Of a DNA stretch of 64,000 nt, positions 24,501 through 38,037 are shown piece by piece; position 1 is the stretch's first letter, and each line of letters begins with the position of its first letter. The translations under genes were made by a program, and so were the position numbers. Source of the stretch: Phoronis australis (lineage: Eukaryota > Animalia > Phoronida); the NCBI GenBank assembly GCA_002633005.1, contig NMRA01000079.1:1021182-1085181 (forward strand), written 5' to 3'. The notes under the pieces are model-generated. The model was not told the DNA's origin, did not search any database, and worked only from the letters and a program-made list of their open reading frames with translations.

Positions 24501-27500
24501 TCAAAGTCCGCATTTGCTCTTCAGACAACTGTAATGCACTCATCACTTGAAGGGAAATGAACAACGCAAACTGCAGTCGAACAGGGTGCACATTTAATAT
24601 GTTCACACAATTAAAACATTCACATTGAGTTAATGATAGTGAAGACCTTTTGATAAAATGACCATTGTTTAATCTGAGTTTACATTTTCCAGGATAATCT
24701 CAGCATAATGCGATTGCTGTTATGGTTAGTGGTTTTCTCTGCCGGTGAGTACGTAACACTACCGTAGGCTACTACTTTCCTTGATTTTATGTTGCGTATG
24801 AAGAATAAATTATTTAAAATTAGCAACACCAGTCTCCGGGAAGTTTTCGTTTTTTTTGTGGGAATCGAACTCGAACTATGTCCGTTATACTGAAGTGTAG
24901 ACACAAGAGAACTGCCAATACTTCCATTATAGGGGTATATTTTGGTTTGCCAGGCTGACTGCGAGATCTTATTTTGCAATTGATTGGGTTCGAGTTCTGA
25001 GTCTGAACACAAAATGTCGAAATTTTACCCGAGTTTCAAGTTGGAGTTTAATGGTCAGCAAGTGCGAATTTGGACTGCACATTACACAAACCAAACCAAG
25101 CACAGAACAGCAGACACTCGCTCGCACTACAAGTAGAGGAGAAGAAAAATGCCAAAAGTACTTTTAAGTTCGTTTACCATATAAAGACGTGTTCTCGAGC
25201 CCGCATTGTCTTTGTCTCTCTCAAACCTGAGATTAATTGTTGGCTTCTCATCGCAATTGTACAAAATTGAAACGTGTTTCCAGCAAATGTTAAATCAAAC
25301 ATGTGCTAATTGGTTTTATGTGTATATATTGAAAAGGCATTGAAGGTAATTATTTATCAGTGGGTGTTTGTTAACGTAGTTGAATAAGTACAAGTAGACT
25401 GATGAAACGCAAATACAAATGGTTATATGAATTCATTTACATCCACATTTGTAAACTTGCATTACGCCTTCTTGGAAGAAAACACGTAGAACGAAAACTC
25501 AAATAGCGTGGCTTAGTGTTTTCTGTAAACAAAACTTGGATTATAGTAGCTGGTAATTTTTCTTGCACGTGCTTAATCCCAGATAAATCAATGCCATCAG
25601 TCAACTAAACGTGCACGTTATTTGCAAAATATCTCGTAATTTTGATTTGGCGTGAGCCCTAAATTTCTTTTTTGCAAAAAAAAAACGCAAACTTGCCCAT
25701 CACTGATATTGTGATAAGAACAATACTCCTACCCCATTGTGAAAATGCATGGGCCATATACTGGAGGAAAAAGAAAAGACAGTTACTGGTGTTTTATGCC
25801 GTTGCATTGGCTATAGGCCTGAAGTGAAACTTTCCCCAAAGTACAGGCCTACATCTAAGGGAAAAGGAACGGTATTTGGATGAGATTAGTCGGGAGCTGC
25901 TTGGTTTCGCCCATTCAGCCATGCAGGATTTTTTCGTTTTCGTTAAAATGCTTCATTTCCAGTATAATGCTTCTAAACGGAAACAACTAACCACAGGCCA
26001 ACTGATCCTTGACCTCCAGTGATGCGTGCATGGATAAATCGTCGACTTGCTCTCAAGTTTTCCTTGGATTCTTAACAGTTACAAATAAAAATGATGCTAT
26101 TATATTACTCTGAAGTGGTGATTTGTGTCTTTCAGTTTCAGTGAGTGGCAGCGGCGCTCGGCGGCACAGGGCAAGGGTTCGAGGCGACGAGGGGATGCGA
26201 CGTAAAGTTCGAATTGCGCTCTTCTTCTCCAAAAGTCTCATGGATTCGTGGGTGTCTAGGAAGAATGTGCCTGCAAGCGAATTGACCGACTATCTGCAGT
26301 CCACATTTCTGCAAGAGGTAGGGTTTTAGAATCCCATAAGTCATTTGAGTTCCACGTTGTCAAAGGCAGCTTACAAAGTCTATGAGTTCTTGATTGTTCA
26401 TTCTCAGCGGTACTATCGTGTGCATGCATTGCATGCCGCCGTTCCCTGCATTTGTAAACGCTGCTCCGGGGCTAAGATTTGATGTCGTTTTGTTAAGGCC
26501 AGTTTAGCCAACGATATTCTCATTTGCATCATATCTTTTATGCCCAAGACCGACATAACGCATGTTCTTATTACAGAATCCAATATTCTACGATACCAAT
26601 TTGACAATTATACCATTGATTATCCCCAGTCTGGTCATTTGCATCTACATGGATGCATGAAAACTGATAATAACCTTATTAAACAAATTTAGTCATTACC
26701 AGTTGATGCAACAAGAATCATCAGAGTGTCCAGAAAAATTGAGCAAGAGCCAAGTTTGTGCGGAACTGCATTATAGTTTGCGTTGTCAGAATCTTTCTCT
26801 TTGAACCCACACCAAGTATTAGTTGAGGGCTTAGGTTAGCCAGTGATCTATTACAATGTAATGCTCAGTCTATGTGTGTTGTTACTGAGTGGTCTCGAAC
26901 GACCTTATTACATTTTCAAGTTGCAGAAGCTTTTTGTTTGGTATACTACACTGTTAGACTTGAATAATTCGGTAAATTTTAACCAGCTCAATTTTAATGA
27001 CTCGATTATTACTATTACTACTTTTATTTTTATTATTGTTTTTGTTATTAATATTACTATTATTATTATTATTATTATTATTATTGTTATTGTTATTGTT
27101 ATTGTTATTGTTATTGTTATTGTTATTGTTATTGTTGTTGTTGTTGTTGTTATTGTTATTATTACACGAATTATACATGTAAATAGTGCTATACCGGAAG
27201 TAGTAGCTCAGCACTGGCGGCAGCACATACAGCAGCCGCCGCCGATCTAGGATTTAAGGTACAGGATTTTACTGTACCTGCGGCGTCATCTTTGTTGTGT
27301 AGGCCTTATTTTTATGGTGCCTCCTGATCAAACTAAGAGCATCAGTCTCACTAGCAGCATTACTTGATACAGTAGGCGCAGCAGTAGTAGCGCCTTACCG
27401 CTAGTCGAACCAGTGGCACTAAGAAGCAGAAGCCGTCCCGGTAGTTGGGACGTGTAAGTAAAGTGAGCTATAGAAGCGCCGGTTACACTACTCGCGCTAG

Positions 27501-30500
27501 TTATAACAGCTGTGCAGCAACAAGTGCAGTAGTCTTACCAATAGCAGTAGCCCTCCCAGTACTTGAATCATTAGCAGTAGCGAGTAGCAATTAGCATCCT
27601 ATGTTACTTTACAAGAACAAGCCTGTACGATATTGTAACTGAGGCATAACATTTTCAAATAGCAGGAGATATACCAGTGGCAATAGCCGCACTATTGAGG
27701 TAGGCTCATCGATATTAGGAGTCCTACAGTTAACAGTAGTCACATCAATATCAATACCTCTAGCAGGAGACTTCAAGTAGCAGTGGACATACCCTAGCCT
27801 CATCGGTAGCAGGAGCCCCAGAAATATCAGATGTTAAACCAGTACCAGTAGCTGCACCCGTTACAACAGCAGTAGTAGCAGCATCACTAGTAACAGTATA
27901 ATGAGAGGTTATAGTGGCAGCCATATTGGTTGTGGTCGTGTGTTGTACATGTACCTGTAGTGCCCAATTAACAGGAAGTGGATGTCAATTAGTACTAGTA
28001 GTAGTGGCAGTGGTCTTATGTTTTGTCTTAGCACTATTTGTGTTCAACGACTCTATCCATGTTTATCACTGCTGGTAGCTGTTTGTTGTACAGTATAACT
28101 GCATCTTTACATGGTTTCTAGACTCCACACCCTTGTACAATTAGCCTGTACTTAAAGAGTTTTCACCAGGACCTCAAAAAGTATTTTATTAATACACCCT
28201 GATAGATTTAATAGCCTTTAGTATACCTACTGTAAAGAAACAAGTCAAAAATTAAAGAAACAATCTGTTATCGCGGTTGTGCGTAATGGGTGGAAGGCCG
28301 TCTCAGCCGTCGTTGTTTTATACCAGTACGCTGATACCGAGGAGTTTTGAGGACAGTCCGCGTAGAACACGTGGAGAATTTGTCGCTCAAACTGGTGACC
28401 CACCGCTCTTATTTTCTAAGCCCCAGACACCTGTTATGATGTCTATTCAGCACGCCCTCTGTATTGAAGTAGTGGAAAGGTAATTCCTAGCATTACTGTC
28501 TCAACAATAGGTTGTTGTTAGTACCCCCAATTTGGTTTTCTCTGACATTTGCTGAGTTATAGCCTGCAACGCTGGAGAGTAGGTTTAACTTGGTACATTA
28601 TAAATATTACAAAATGACTAAAAAGGTTTACTTGTGTTTATCTTCACAAAGGGCCACTTCCCAAAGGAACGATAAGTTTCATATTTGTTTTCTTTATTTA
28701 ATTTTTAATGCTTCTGCCCATTTGTTGTTTTTTTTTCTTACCGGGAACGGGTTGATAACTTGTTATCCAAGTTTTGAACTTCAAGTGAAGTACCAAAACA
28801 GAGGTACATTTTGATCGACAGCTACACTTAATTAGTTGAGTTCATTGTGAGCCCATCCCTAAACTTACCACATCACAGGTACACTAAACATTTCACGTGT
28901 CATTAAAGTTTATTATCTACTCGAACTCAAATCATGAAATATGTACAAAAGTGCAAATATGGCGATTACCAAACTGAAGGTTTGCAATCGCTGGACAATT
29001 TCGGTGGCACTGACTATTTAACTATCAGTCAGTAAGAAAAAATGAAAAGCAGGCACAACAACTGTTTCCTGGTCAAAAATCTGATTAAACGAGATTGAAA
29101 AAATATTAGAAAATGAATCCATGTGATATTGTTAACTCTGATCAGCGTTTGTATATCCACCGAGTACATGTATATCAATACGCGCGGTAGTTTATCTTCA
29201 ATCGTACCCAATGGTTGTAGTTTCTAGGTTATTAGTTCATCGATTTTTAAAAATCGAAAACCGTACGTGGTTGGTTTGTTTCCAGCTGAATACCGCCGTG
29301 GTGTTTGTTTATAACAAAATTGGTGGTTCGTGCATTTTGAAAATTCGGCATTATGTACAGTCAGAAATGTCTAATACAGTTTATGGTCGGATAATTACAT
29401 TTAATTGGGCCTTGCTTGCATTGGGCAATGCGGTCATCACAATTCTGCATGATTCCGGCGCCGCGCGGTGAAAATTTTCGCATATTCTTAGAAATGCGTT
29501 ACTTCCTTCTAAGCTTTCTACGCGTTTGTGAAGGTTGTAGTAACATGACTGAGAACGTCTCTGCATTCGAATTTCCTAAATACATGTACCTGAAACGGAA
29601 TACGTTTGTACTCTGCACGAGAGTGTCGAGTGTGGAAAGAGCGATTCAGTTGGGAGAAACATTTTGTTCGCCTGCACCTGTTCAAGGAATCGCGTTTCGG
29701 GCAAACACAGAAGCGACGTTACTGAGTAACGTCCTTTATCGTAACTTACGATAAAGGACTCGACACCTTGTAAGTGTATAAGCAAAATAACGAACAAACT
29801 TGCTTCCATTCTAAAGTGATCGAGTGATGTCAGGCCCTCGACGCCGGTCCACATCTAGTCCTACGACACGTAGTAGGCTTATGCATTACGTTTAGACCGT
29901 GCTCATTCCGTCATAGCAATGGTGAATGTGAGTGACCCAGCTTTACTGTGACCTATATGTATGCCCCTGATTATTAAGAATCTAATTTTGTGAACATTAA
30001 CTACCCCCTGGTTCAATTGGTTGTGCCTCGCATATGACTGCAGTATTTCTCCTGTAAGTGGGTTTGGGTTCATACTGCCTCAAAGCTGACGAAAGTTGGT
30101 ACATGTAAGTGGGAAATCGAATTCATTCTCTATTCTTCATTTACTCGAGTATGATGCCCGTATTCACTCTCTCCCACTGTCTTCTCCGTCTGCATAATAA
30201 TTGTCCACTTCCCGTTCAAAATCGCCCTCGCCTTCTTGTCTGCTGTTTTCCGCCATTGCAGTTGATTGTCAAGTGACCAAACGTCTCCCCCCATTACATC
30301 AATTGGTGGAAAAACTTGGAAATAACTAATTTTTCTTCAAAATAAAAAATGGCGATTATTCGGCATAAAAAGTGCTTATTTAATTTTGCATTAGCAAACT
30401 GAAATCTCAAAAACTAAGAAAATGCATGGCAGGAACTCTTTAAGCAATGCATTTCATTTGAGTGAGCACTTGCAGTCCGCACGCATCAACCAGGTAACCA

Positions 30501-33500
30501 CAACAATTAGTAAAACACAATCAGAGTTTAAATGCTTGACTTATTATGTGCTTTAAAGCTGAATAACAAGGTTATCGGTCTGTTATGCATTTAACCTCTT
30601 CTGTTTGGTTAGTTGACCAGGCTAAGCCGACAATCGCTTATTGCATGTACAGTAAGAGATACGTTTACAATCGTCAGTAGTGGCATTTAGGGATGTATCG
30701 TAAATAAATTTTCTTATTGAAATCACCATTAATCTTGAATCTAATCAATGATACAATCAACCTCTTAAGCCTGATATTTGCTCCAACTACTCAGTTGTAT
30801 ATCTTCGTTTGATGTAACTTCATAAAGACTCACCAAGGTGGCTCCTAAGTTGAGAGCAACTACCATGCTTCTTACAATTAAATCTAATTATTCTCAAGAG
30901 CTTAATTAATTAGTTCGATGCTACGGAAACGAGAGACTTCTGTTAATCAGTATATTATTTCGCAGTGCACGAATATTTTGTGTGGAAAGGAAATATATCG
31001 TACCACCTCGATGTTGAACTTTGACTTGCAAGCCGTAATTTTATTGACATTGTTTGCGACGGCGTATACATGTACTTGTAGCTTGTAGAGTGATTTCACA
31101 TGTATTAATTATAAGTCTAATAATTTGTATTTTTAGTTTAACAAACTGTGGTCCGAACCTCAGCTAGGAGCAGGGATAGACATAAAATTTGAGATCACAA
31201 GAATACAGTACTTGACAGCGCATGAAGAGGTAACGTGGTAAAAAGTTGTATAAAAAGCGTTAACCCGTCAATAATTTTGTTCATTGAGATACAGATGCGA
31301 TTAATGAAGAGTAGATGTAAGTGAAGCGAACTAGAGCAATTGAAGTTAAGACACGCTCGGATGTATATGTCAATGAAACTATCAAATAAAAAGAGTAGAT
31401 TTACGATTCCATTAATTATAATTATGGTGAATCACGCTAACGCAAAATTATACGGAACAAGGTGTATTTTTCTGTCCGTAGGCAGAGTTGCGAAGGCGGC
31501 AGATACAACTGAAACGCACCAATGGCGACTACGCTGGAGCAGCGGCGTTCTGTGACTGGTCAAAAGATCGAATGTCTGCTGCTGACGAGTGGAATATACC
31601 AGCATACATTACTGATGGGTAAATAACCGACCATTCTTGATATGTGAAACAGCGTGGCAAAAAGTTAAAACTCCTTTAGTATGCCTGCAGATATTGAAGA
31701 AACTGGCTTCAGATATTAACAAAACGTACCTATATTTATTGCCTGTAATGACAGCGTATTGAACATCCCGATGCCTTCAATACATACTGAACGTATACAA
31801 TTTATAGGAAAATTGATGCAAAAATGTATATTTAAAACAAAACAGCTGGATCAATGACACAATCAGATTTACTATTATAAAAACGTTTGACGGTTTTTTG
31901 AATAGTTGTTTCGATGTCATTTTATGCAACTTGAATTTGTTTTATTAAAACCACGTACGTCGCATAAGTGCTACGTGTCAAAGACAATTCCTAAGATTTT
32001 TTAAGAACGTTGTAAGGCTTGGTATGTTAATTTTTTGTGAATCCGTTCAATCATTTCTTACAGTGTAGCTACAGAGTTCCGATGTTGGCTGTAGTCTGTG
32101 TCCCTTTTCAAGCTAATTTGAAAAATCAAATAGGAAATGAAACTCGCTCTCGACTAACGTCTACTGTAGGCACAACATAGGTTAACACAACTTCAATACG
32201 TACACATCTGCATGCACAGTGTATGAATGTATGCAGAAATTGCAGGGAAAGGTAGATTTGGGAGATGATTTTTTGTGATTTTCACCAAATAACCGAAGTC
32301 CCTCGGTGAATCGAGGTTTCTTGAATTGCATTTTACTCTTTACCAGTGTGTAACTGTAATCTCCATTACTGGGAAGCACTTTTTAATCCTTTGTTTGACT
32401 AGTTGGAACATGTTCAATCACTAAGGACACGTTTCCATTTTCTCCCAACAGGATACGGCAAGCGGATTTCAACGCTCGCACACCAGGTCGCGCGTTTGGC
32501 ATGGGGAGAGTGTGTGAGAAAAGCTGCGTAGTGATGGAAGGAAAGGTTGCTGATTGGAGATTCGAACCGCTATTCGCAAATCTGCTTGCGCATGAAGTAG
32601 GACACATGTAAGTAAAGAAACTTCGGTACGCCAAGAAACGCACTAATTTTGAGGAACTCTCATTCATCGTGTTTGCCTCTTAATTCGAATTCTTCCCTCA
32701 TTGGACAATAAATATACGGTATTTTTCACACTGCTTGCAGTTTTGGTTTTCAACACCCTCCCGCTGGGTGCCGCGCAGACATCATGTGGTCTCCTGGGCG
32801 CAATGACAATTGGTCCGTGTGCACAAAAAGAAAAGCTCTGGAAATATTCAGGTGAGTACGTGCAATTAACTGTTTCCGTATGACATCGTTTGCGACATGA
32901 ATTTAGGTACTTTACGATCGCACCACCTGTCGACCGATTTGTAAAATGTAAAAGGTAAAATTCCACCGGCTATGTAATTTCTAAAAGCATATACTATATT
33001 TCCCTAAATGCAGTCTGTGCATGAAGAAATGCTCCTACAAAACTTTAAAAATTTGCTTGCGCAACTCCCGTAGTGGTCACGTCTACTCTTTTGGTTGTTA
33101 GACTTGTGCTTACATTTCTACAATGCAGTAACCCATGGGTATATCCGTGCTTGGACTACCAGTTTGGAATAATGCCTCCGCCCACTGTTCCTCCTGGCCG
33201 AGTGTCTGAAGGAGATCTGGCGGTGATTACGCAGAACTGTCCAAAAGGTGAAGTAGGAGTACACACCGACTACAGTGGACAGTTCTTCTACGCTAACGGC
33301 TACTTAGACTGGTTTAAGAAGGCACCTCAGTGGGTACGCATCTCTTGAAGAAACATACCGTTTTTAGAGTTAATAAACTGGTATTTTGTACGTAAATGAT
33401 ATACAAAGCGACCATCAAACCAGGCTCATGGAACTCTAGTGAACTGCAGAATGTCAAGAAAATTTAAATAACTTCCCGTTTTTACGAAAGTATTATATTG

Positions 33501-36092
33501 TACCTCCCGAGTTTATTTGCCGTGCTTCTAACCTTTATCGAATTCCTCAAATTCCACGGATACATGTAGCTACACGTTTCCTGGACACTCTAGTCTGCCA
33601 CACAACAATATTACTCCCCGCTTTAAACGTTGTACTTAAAGCTCCCAACGTATTTCAGTGGCACGAGGAGAACGTCTGCAGATGGCTGCCTTGCCGCCAG
33701 GAATATAAAGGGAAGGCGTTGTTTTACGCTTTGGCTCCGTTGACTGGATTCCGGTGTGGCGAAAACAAGGTGTGTCAATTTTAGAAATTTGTAGGACACC
33801 TCGATCCGATGTAATTAGTATGCTTGTTTACTGGTGCACGTACGTTCTATGTTGGCGAATCTAGTCAACATTAAAGGCAGATGCTTTCATCTGCCGCACT
33901 TGAAATAATCATAACGATAAATCGTCGTGAGAGACCGTCCGGAGTTGGTACATGTATATGGCGCAAGTCCGGACGGTCTGGGGTCAATAAAAAACCACAG
34001 TTCAATTGTGCAATGCGATAAACGAGAGTAGTTCTACTTGATGCGTTGCAGGTATGCTTATCTCTTTTATGACAAACAATCTGAGACCAGGCAAAGTGTT
34101 TTTAAAATAATGTGGATAAATCAGTGGAGTGTGAGACCCCTGAGGTCCCTGTCAAGTCCTCACGACAATTCTACCTTATGATGTACATTTGTAGCATAAA
34201 AAGCACGCAATACGTGTCCACGTCATTTCGTTTGCTGGAGAAAGTTTTCCCATCAATATTTCTCCGGTTTTCACTGAATGGATACATGCACAGGTTACAA
34301 CATGTGCCATTCCTTTTGATTATCCGATAATTGGATTTGTGATTCGCCCTTTTATGTGTTTGTTTCTGATCAAGAATCTAGATACCGTTTTCCTAAAAAT
34401 GATTTGTTTGAAAATAACTTCACAATCATGGATCGCATTACTGATGCTAAACGCGAAATAGTTGGGAAGTGGACTTTACCTCGGTTGCACTGTATTGTTC
34501 TAAATGAAAAACACAGCGCTGTGCTTCAGACCAAAATAGCTACGCAAAAATCTAGATACGAAAACGCATGCGCAAACTATGCCAGAATGGCCTATTTGAT
34601 TGATGACTTACATGTACTGCGTAGGATTTGAATGCACCAGCCTCCCGTTCAGTAACACTAGGACCTCGCTAAAAAGCAAGACTTCGCGAGATTACGTGAG
34701 GAATTACCGTGTATTTTAAATGAGAGCACGTGACTTTGACTAGGTTTTAGCTAGGTCCTAGCGTAGGTCCTAGCGTCTACTGAACGCACGCCAGCTTTGG
34801 TAATATGATCCTGGCCTGATATGAATGTTCAAACACATTATCAGATGGATAAAGTCAAGTGTTGAGTGTAATACTCAACAACAGAAACAAATCACGGCAT
34901 TATGAGATGTGACTGGTGTTACCCAACAACCAGACGCGTTCAGATGACAGAAGACCAGCACGAATTTGGCAAGGTGACAAGGACCACACCAAACTAAGCA
35001 AGTGACTTCGAGTGTTACGCAACTGAGCTCGAGTTCCTACTCGCATACACCAGCTAAATAGTTGAAGTAACTCTGGCGAGGGTCTAGTGTTTAATTATAG
35101 AATACATATAGAGGCCATTGTTTCCCAGCTAGAAAGTTTCTCGCCGTGAGATCCAAGCAAGTGTCTTGCTGTCGACTTTCCCGGGCTCTGAATCTCAGAA
35201 TGTAACGTCAAGACACTAAACAAAATTTGTTATGTCTTACACAGATTTGTGAAAGTGAAACCAGGTGCGTATCGGCCGGAAACTCTGGTTGTGGAAAGAC
35301 GAGCGAACTAGGAGGGCTGAAGGGCTCGTTCTCGTCGTATAAATACAACGGACTAAGACGTTATCTTCCCAACTTAAAGTGTGCTTGGCGAATTACAGTA
35401 CCAAGAGGGCTACGAGTCAAGGTAACTGGTTTGAGAGAAAAGCTTGATGTAACAACGATTTAGTACCAGTGCTGTGGTTGTCATAGTTACATTGCCACCT
35501 ACTTCCACTACATGTACATATGTACATTTTCAATATGTTGATTTATAGGAAGTCTTACGATAATTTGTTTAATATATTATTTTTATCCACGAGATCTAGC
35601 AAAACCACATTATAAATGTTCTCTGTGTAGATGTCTTGTTAAAGTGCCTTTCATTAATGATTTGAAAGGGATGCTTACATGTATCTCGTTCGCTATCATT
35701 TTCTGCTGATGAGTTTGCATACTTTGTATGAACATGAAGGTTACACTCTACAGTGTATAAGCCCTGTGCTCAAGCTGTGATAAAGGAATGTGTTTTTCTC
35801 CAATCACGCGCAGGAGGTAACAATACTTTAAACCTGTTGGTATGCATTACAGCTAAGTTTCGAGAGCATGGACGTACCGGGCAGATTTGGTTGTGGCACC
35901 GGACCGTATGGCGGCGACAGTGTTAACGTCTATAATGGAGACGACTCCGCGGCACCGTTAATGGCAAAATTGTGTAACTCTCGGTTGAAGACCGTCAAAT
36001 CTTCGTCAAACGTCCTTTACGTAACTTTTACCTCCGACCATAATGCCAAAACAGCAGGGTCGGGTTTTCAAGCGGTTTACAAGGCATTCTAG
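21465..36092 (+). CDS. Gene B: secreted ADAMTS-like zinc metalloprotease with Cys-rich and CUB domains, 482 aa; join(21465-21501,26136-26317,31137-31229,31482-31618,32452-32607,32741-32851,33129-33333,33659-33769,35245-35421,35853-36092)
   Basis: 10 GT-AG exons total 1449 nt with no internal stop; HEVGHIFGFQH, Met-turn DIMWSP, ADAMTS-type FCDW, VC..SC, WS.C, PCL; CUB domain. First exon least certain. Confidence 0.9.
21560..22590. mobile_element. Decayed interspersed element, Helentron/DINE-like
   Basis: Ends in gact/gaca/gacg tetramer run followed by short hairpin (tccac...gtgga) and A/T-rich tail; boundaries approximate. Confidence 0.3.
23325..23348. repeat. (GCGT)n microsatellite
   Basis: cgtgcgtgcgtg run. 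Confidence 0.8.
26136..26317 (+). CDS. Gene B coding exon 2
   Basis: SVSGSGARRHRARVRGDEGMRRKVRIALFFSK...FLQE|gtaggg. Confidence 0.88.
27006..27163. repeat. (TTA)n/(TTG)n compound microsatellite
   Basis: Direct reading; produces poly-N/L/I pseudo-ORFs. Confidence 0.95.
31137..31229 (+). CDS. Gene B coding exon 3
   Basis: [31 protein letters not shown]|gtaacg. Confidence 0.9.
31482..31618 (+). CDS. Gene B coding exon 4
   Basis: AELRRRQIQLKRTNGDYAGAAAFCDWSKDRMSAADEWNIPAYITD-gg|gtaaat. Confidence 0.9.
32452..32607 (+). CDS. Gene B coding exon 5 (HExxH)
   Basis: IRQADFNARTPGRAFGMGRVCEKSCVVMEG...LLAHEVGH-at|gtaagt. Confidence 0.92.
32741..32851 (+). CDS. Gene B coding exon 6 (third His, Met-turn)
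   Basis: gcag|FGFQHPPAGCRADIMWSPGRNDNWSVCTKRKALEIF-ag|gtgagt. Confidence 0.92.
33129..33333 (+). CDS. Gene B coding exon 7
   Basis: [26 protein letters not shown]...KKAPQW|gtacgc. Confidence 0.92.
33659..33769 (+). CDS. Gene B coding exon 8
   Basis: WHEENVCRWLPCRQEYKGKALFYALAPLTGFRCGENK|gtgtgt. Confidence 0.9.
34641..34793. mobile_element. ~150-bp MITE (best copy of local family)
   Basis: cgttcagtaacactaggacct ... aggtcctagcgtctactgaacg inverted termini. Confidence 0.6.
35245..35421 (+). CDS. Gene B coding exon 9
   Basis: [17 protein letters not shown]...[20 protein letters not shown]|gtaact. Confidence 0.92.
35853..36092 (+). CDS. Gene B coding exon 10
   Basis: LSFESMDVPG...GSGFQAVYKAF-TAG; AATAAA downstream at 36581. 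Confidence 0.92.
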   Translation, partial: LSFESMDVPGRFGCGTGPYGGDSVNVYNGDDSAAPLMAKLCNSRLKTVKSSSNVLYVTFTSDHNAKTAGSGFQAVYKAF

Positions 36093-37277
36093 TGTTTCAT
36101 TTGGTTTCATCAGTTGATTACTTACATTGTATGTCACACATTGTGTATCTTAATTGACAATAACGCTATAGTCCTACAAGATAAGGCATATCGGTAGATG
36201 TGTTTACAGTCTAAGTTCGTATTCAAATACGTGATAGTTTGGAGACCTATACAGAGCACCAACAGGTGCCAAGTTATGACGTACGTTGTTTTACACTGCA
36301 ATTGTCTGGTAGTGTCTGATATAAGGGTCAAAAACATGTTCAGACAATTGAATGAGCTCAAGCAGGTGGCCTCTGAATTTCCCAGTGAGTAGGGACATTT
36401 CTCTATCACTCCACCAGATGGTGTGTTAATTGGATGTCAATGGACACATCGACCTTGTTGCGTCACATGTTTTGTAAATGTAGCCCTCCGAATCTCTGCG
36501 CTAAGCAGCTTAAGGTGTCAAACCACAGGAATATAAAGTAATTTTTTTCAGATGAGATGTCAAACTTCAAGAAGTTACTTAATAAATGTCAAACCTAAAC
36601 GTATTGCATTGATATACACGAGCGCATCCTACTGCATGTTCTTACTGTAATCATGGCGGGTATTGCCGAGCAAACCGAACAATACTGTGGTGAAAGGATT
36701 AATGTGACGTTTCAGAGGCCCTCACATACAATGTACGTGTTTTTTTACTGGCAGTCCGAACCCTACTAAACTTGCAGATGTAAAATTCTACATGCGGACC
36801 CAGTGCGTGGTCAACTCGAACATACGCTCGGGAATTACAGGTTATTCCACAACCACAGGTAAAATATAAAGCTCTCTACATACAAAATACTCGAAAGCTA
36901 TCGATATACAAGGAGAACGAAATACAGACAGTTTCAGCTAAAGAAGGCACACGCGAAATAAAACTTAAATAAACTGACACTCACCAACATCTCTACAAAA
37001 TGGCAGATACTAAGAGTGAACGTAAAAACTTGACCAAAAAGAAACAAACTCCATATAGTAACATGAAAGAAAAAATAAGTAAGTTATACAAAATGTAACC
37101 TAACACAATCATCCGTAGCACTGCGCATGCGGTTTATAAATGTCTGAATGAGTGCTTCGGGCAATTGTGAAAAATATGTACATGAATCACAGGAGTGATA
37201 TTCATTGAGGTATGACGTTAACGTGGAAGTCCGTATGGTATTCCGTGTGTGTCATTTGAGGTTTCTCACAACCTAAC

Positions 37278-37358
37278 TTGGACTTAGCCTACCGTCCATA
37301 TGGATTGGACTTAGCCTACCGTCCATATGGATTGGACTTAGCCTACCGTCCATATGGG
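37278..37358. repeat. 27-bp tandem repeat x3
   Basis: ttggacttagcctaccgtccatatgg(a/g) three times head to tail. Confidence 0.95.
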
Positions 37359-37937
37359 TTGAATTAACTTGCATATACAGTTGTATTGCATTCATACAAA
37401 CGTGAAGTAGACAAGAATGCCCTCGAAATTGGAAACCAGAGCCGTGTTAAGTGCTTGATAATCTCCTCACTCTCTTCTATCAACAGTCTTCTCCTGGCAA
37501 CTAATTTTCTCGTACATGTATATACCGACGTTTAACCTAAAAACAAACCCGTGCACGCATTTTAAAGCCTTCCTATGTATAAGTTTAAGCCACCGAGGGC
37601 GCTCGCTTTACTACGGAAAGCGCCACCTCGCCGCTCAAGAACAGATTGGGAGGAAGTCTAACTTTCCGATAAAATATTATTTGAGTGCCGAAATTCATAC
37701 TACCGGTTGTTTTAAGCACTATGCCAAAACACAAGTAAATATTGCTGTAACTCAAATAATAAACTAACTACACCAAAGACGTGGCCGAATTCAAAATGAT
37801 AAATGCGGTTCGTGCTTCCACCGTGGACTAGGAAGAATGAAATCATGACGATTGGCAACAAATTGTAGCAGTATTACATTTAATCACACAGCAGTGTTTC
37901 CTTGTAAAATTGTGTGTACACAGGGCGAGTATACTCG

Positions 37938-38037
37938 TATTTAAAGGCAGCCACATCCTTGTCTCAGATATTTGTGGATTACCGGAAGGTATTGGATTTT
38001 AGTCGTGGGCCTGGTATCAAGTGCTAACAGGTTTCAG
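37938..38037 (+). promoter_or_regulatory. Candidate TATA box and non-coding first exon of gene C
   Basis: TATTTAAAGG at 37938; donor CAG|GTAAGA at 38037/8, 1 kb upstream of the acceptor at 39047. Confidence 0.35.

Noticed and set aside
26480-26800. LINE reverse-transcriptase C-terminal remnant (SPVW, DATRII)
   Set aside because: Only two short motifs amid stops; too weak to call
26843-27250. Poly-Asn, poly-Leu, poly-Ile/Val ORFs (also HT/VC ORFs at 42145-42454 and IY ORF at 19109-19432)
   Set aside because: Translations of microsatellites
32701-32883. Small secreted peptide MDNKYTVFFTLLAVLVF...
   Set aside because: Starts at TTG, runs across an intron acceptor and overlaps gene B exon 6 in another frame
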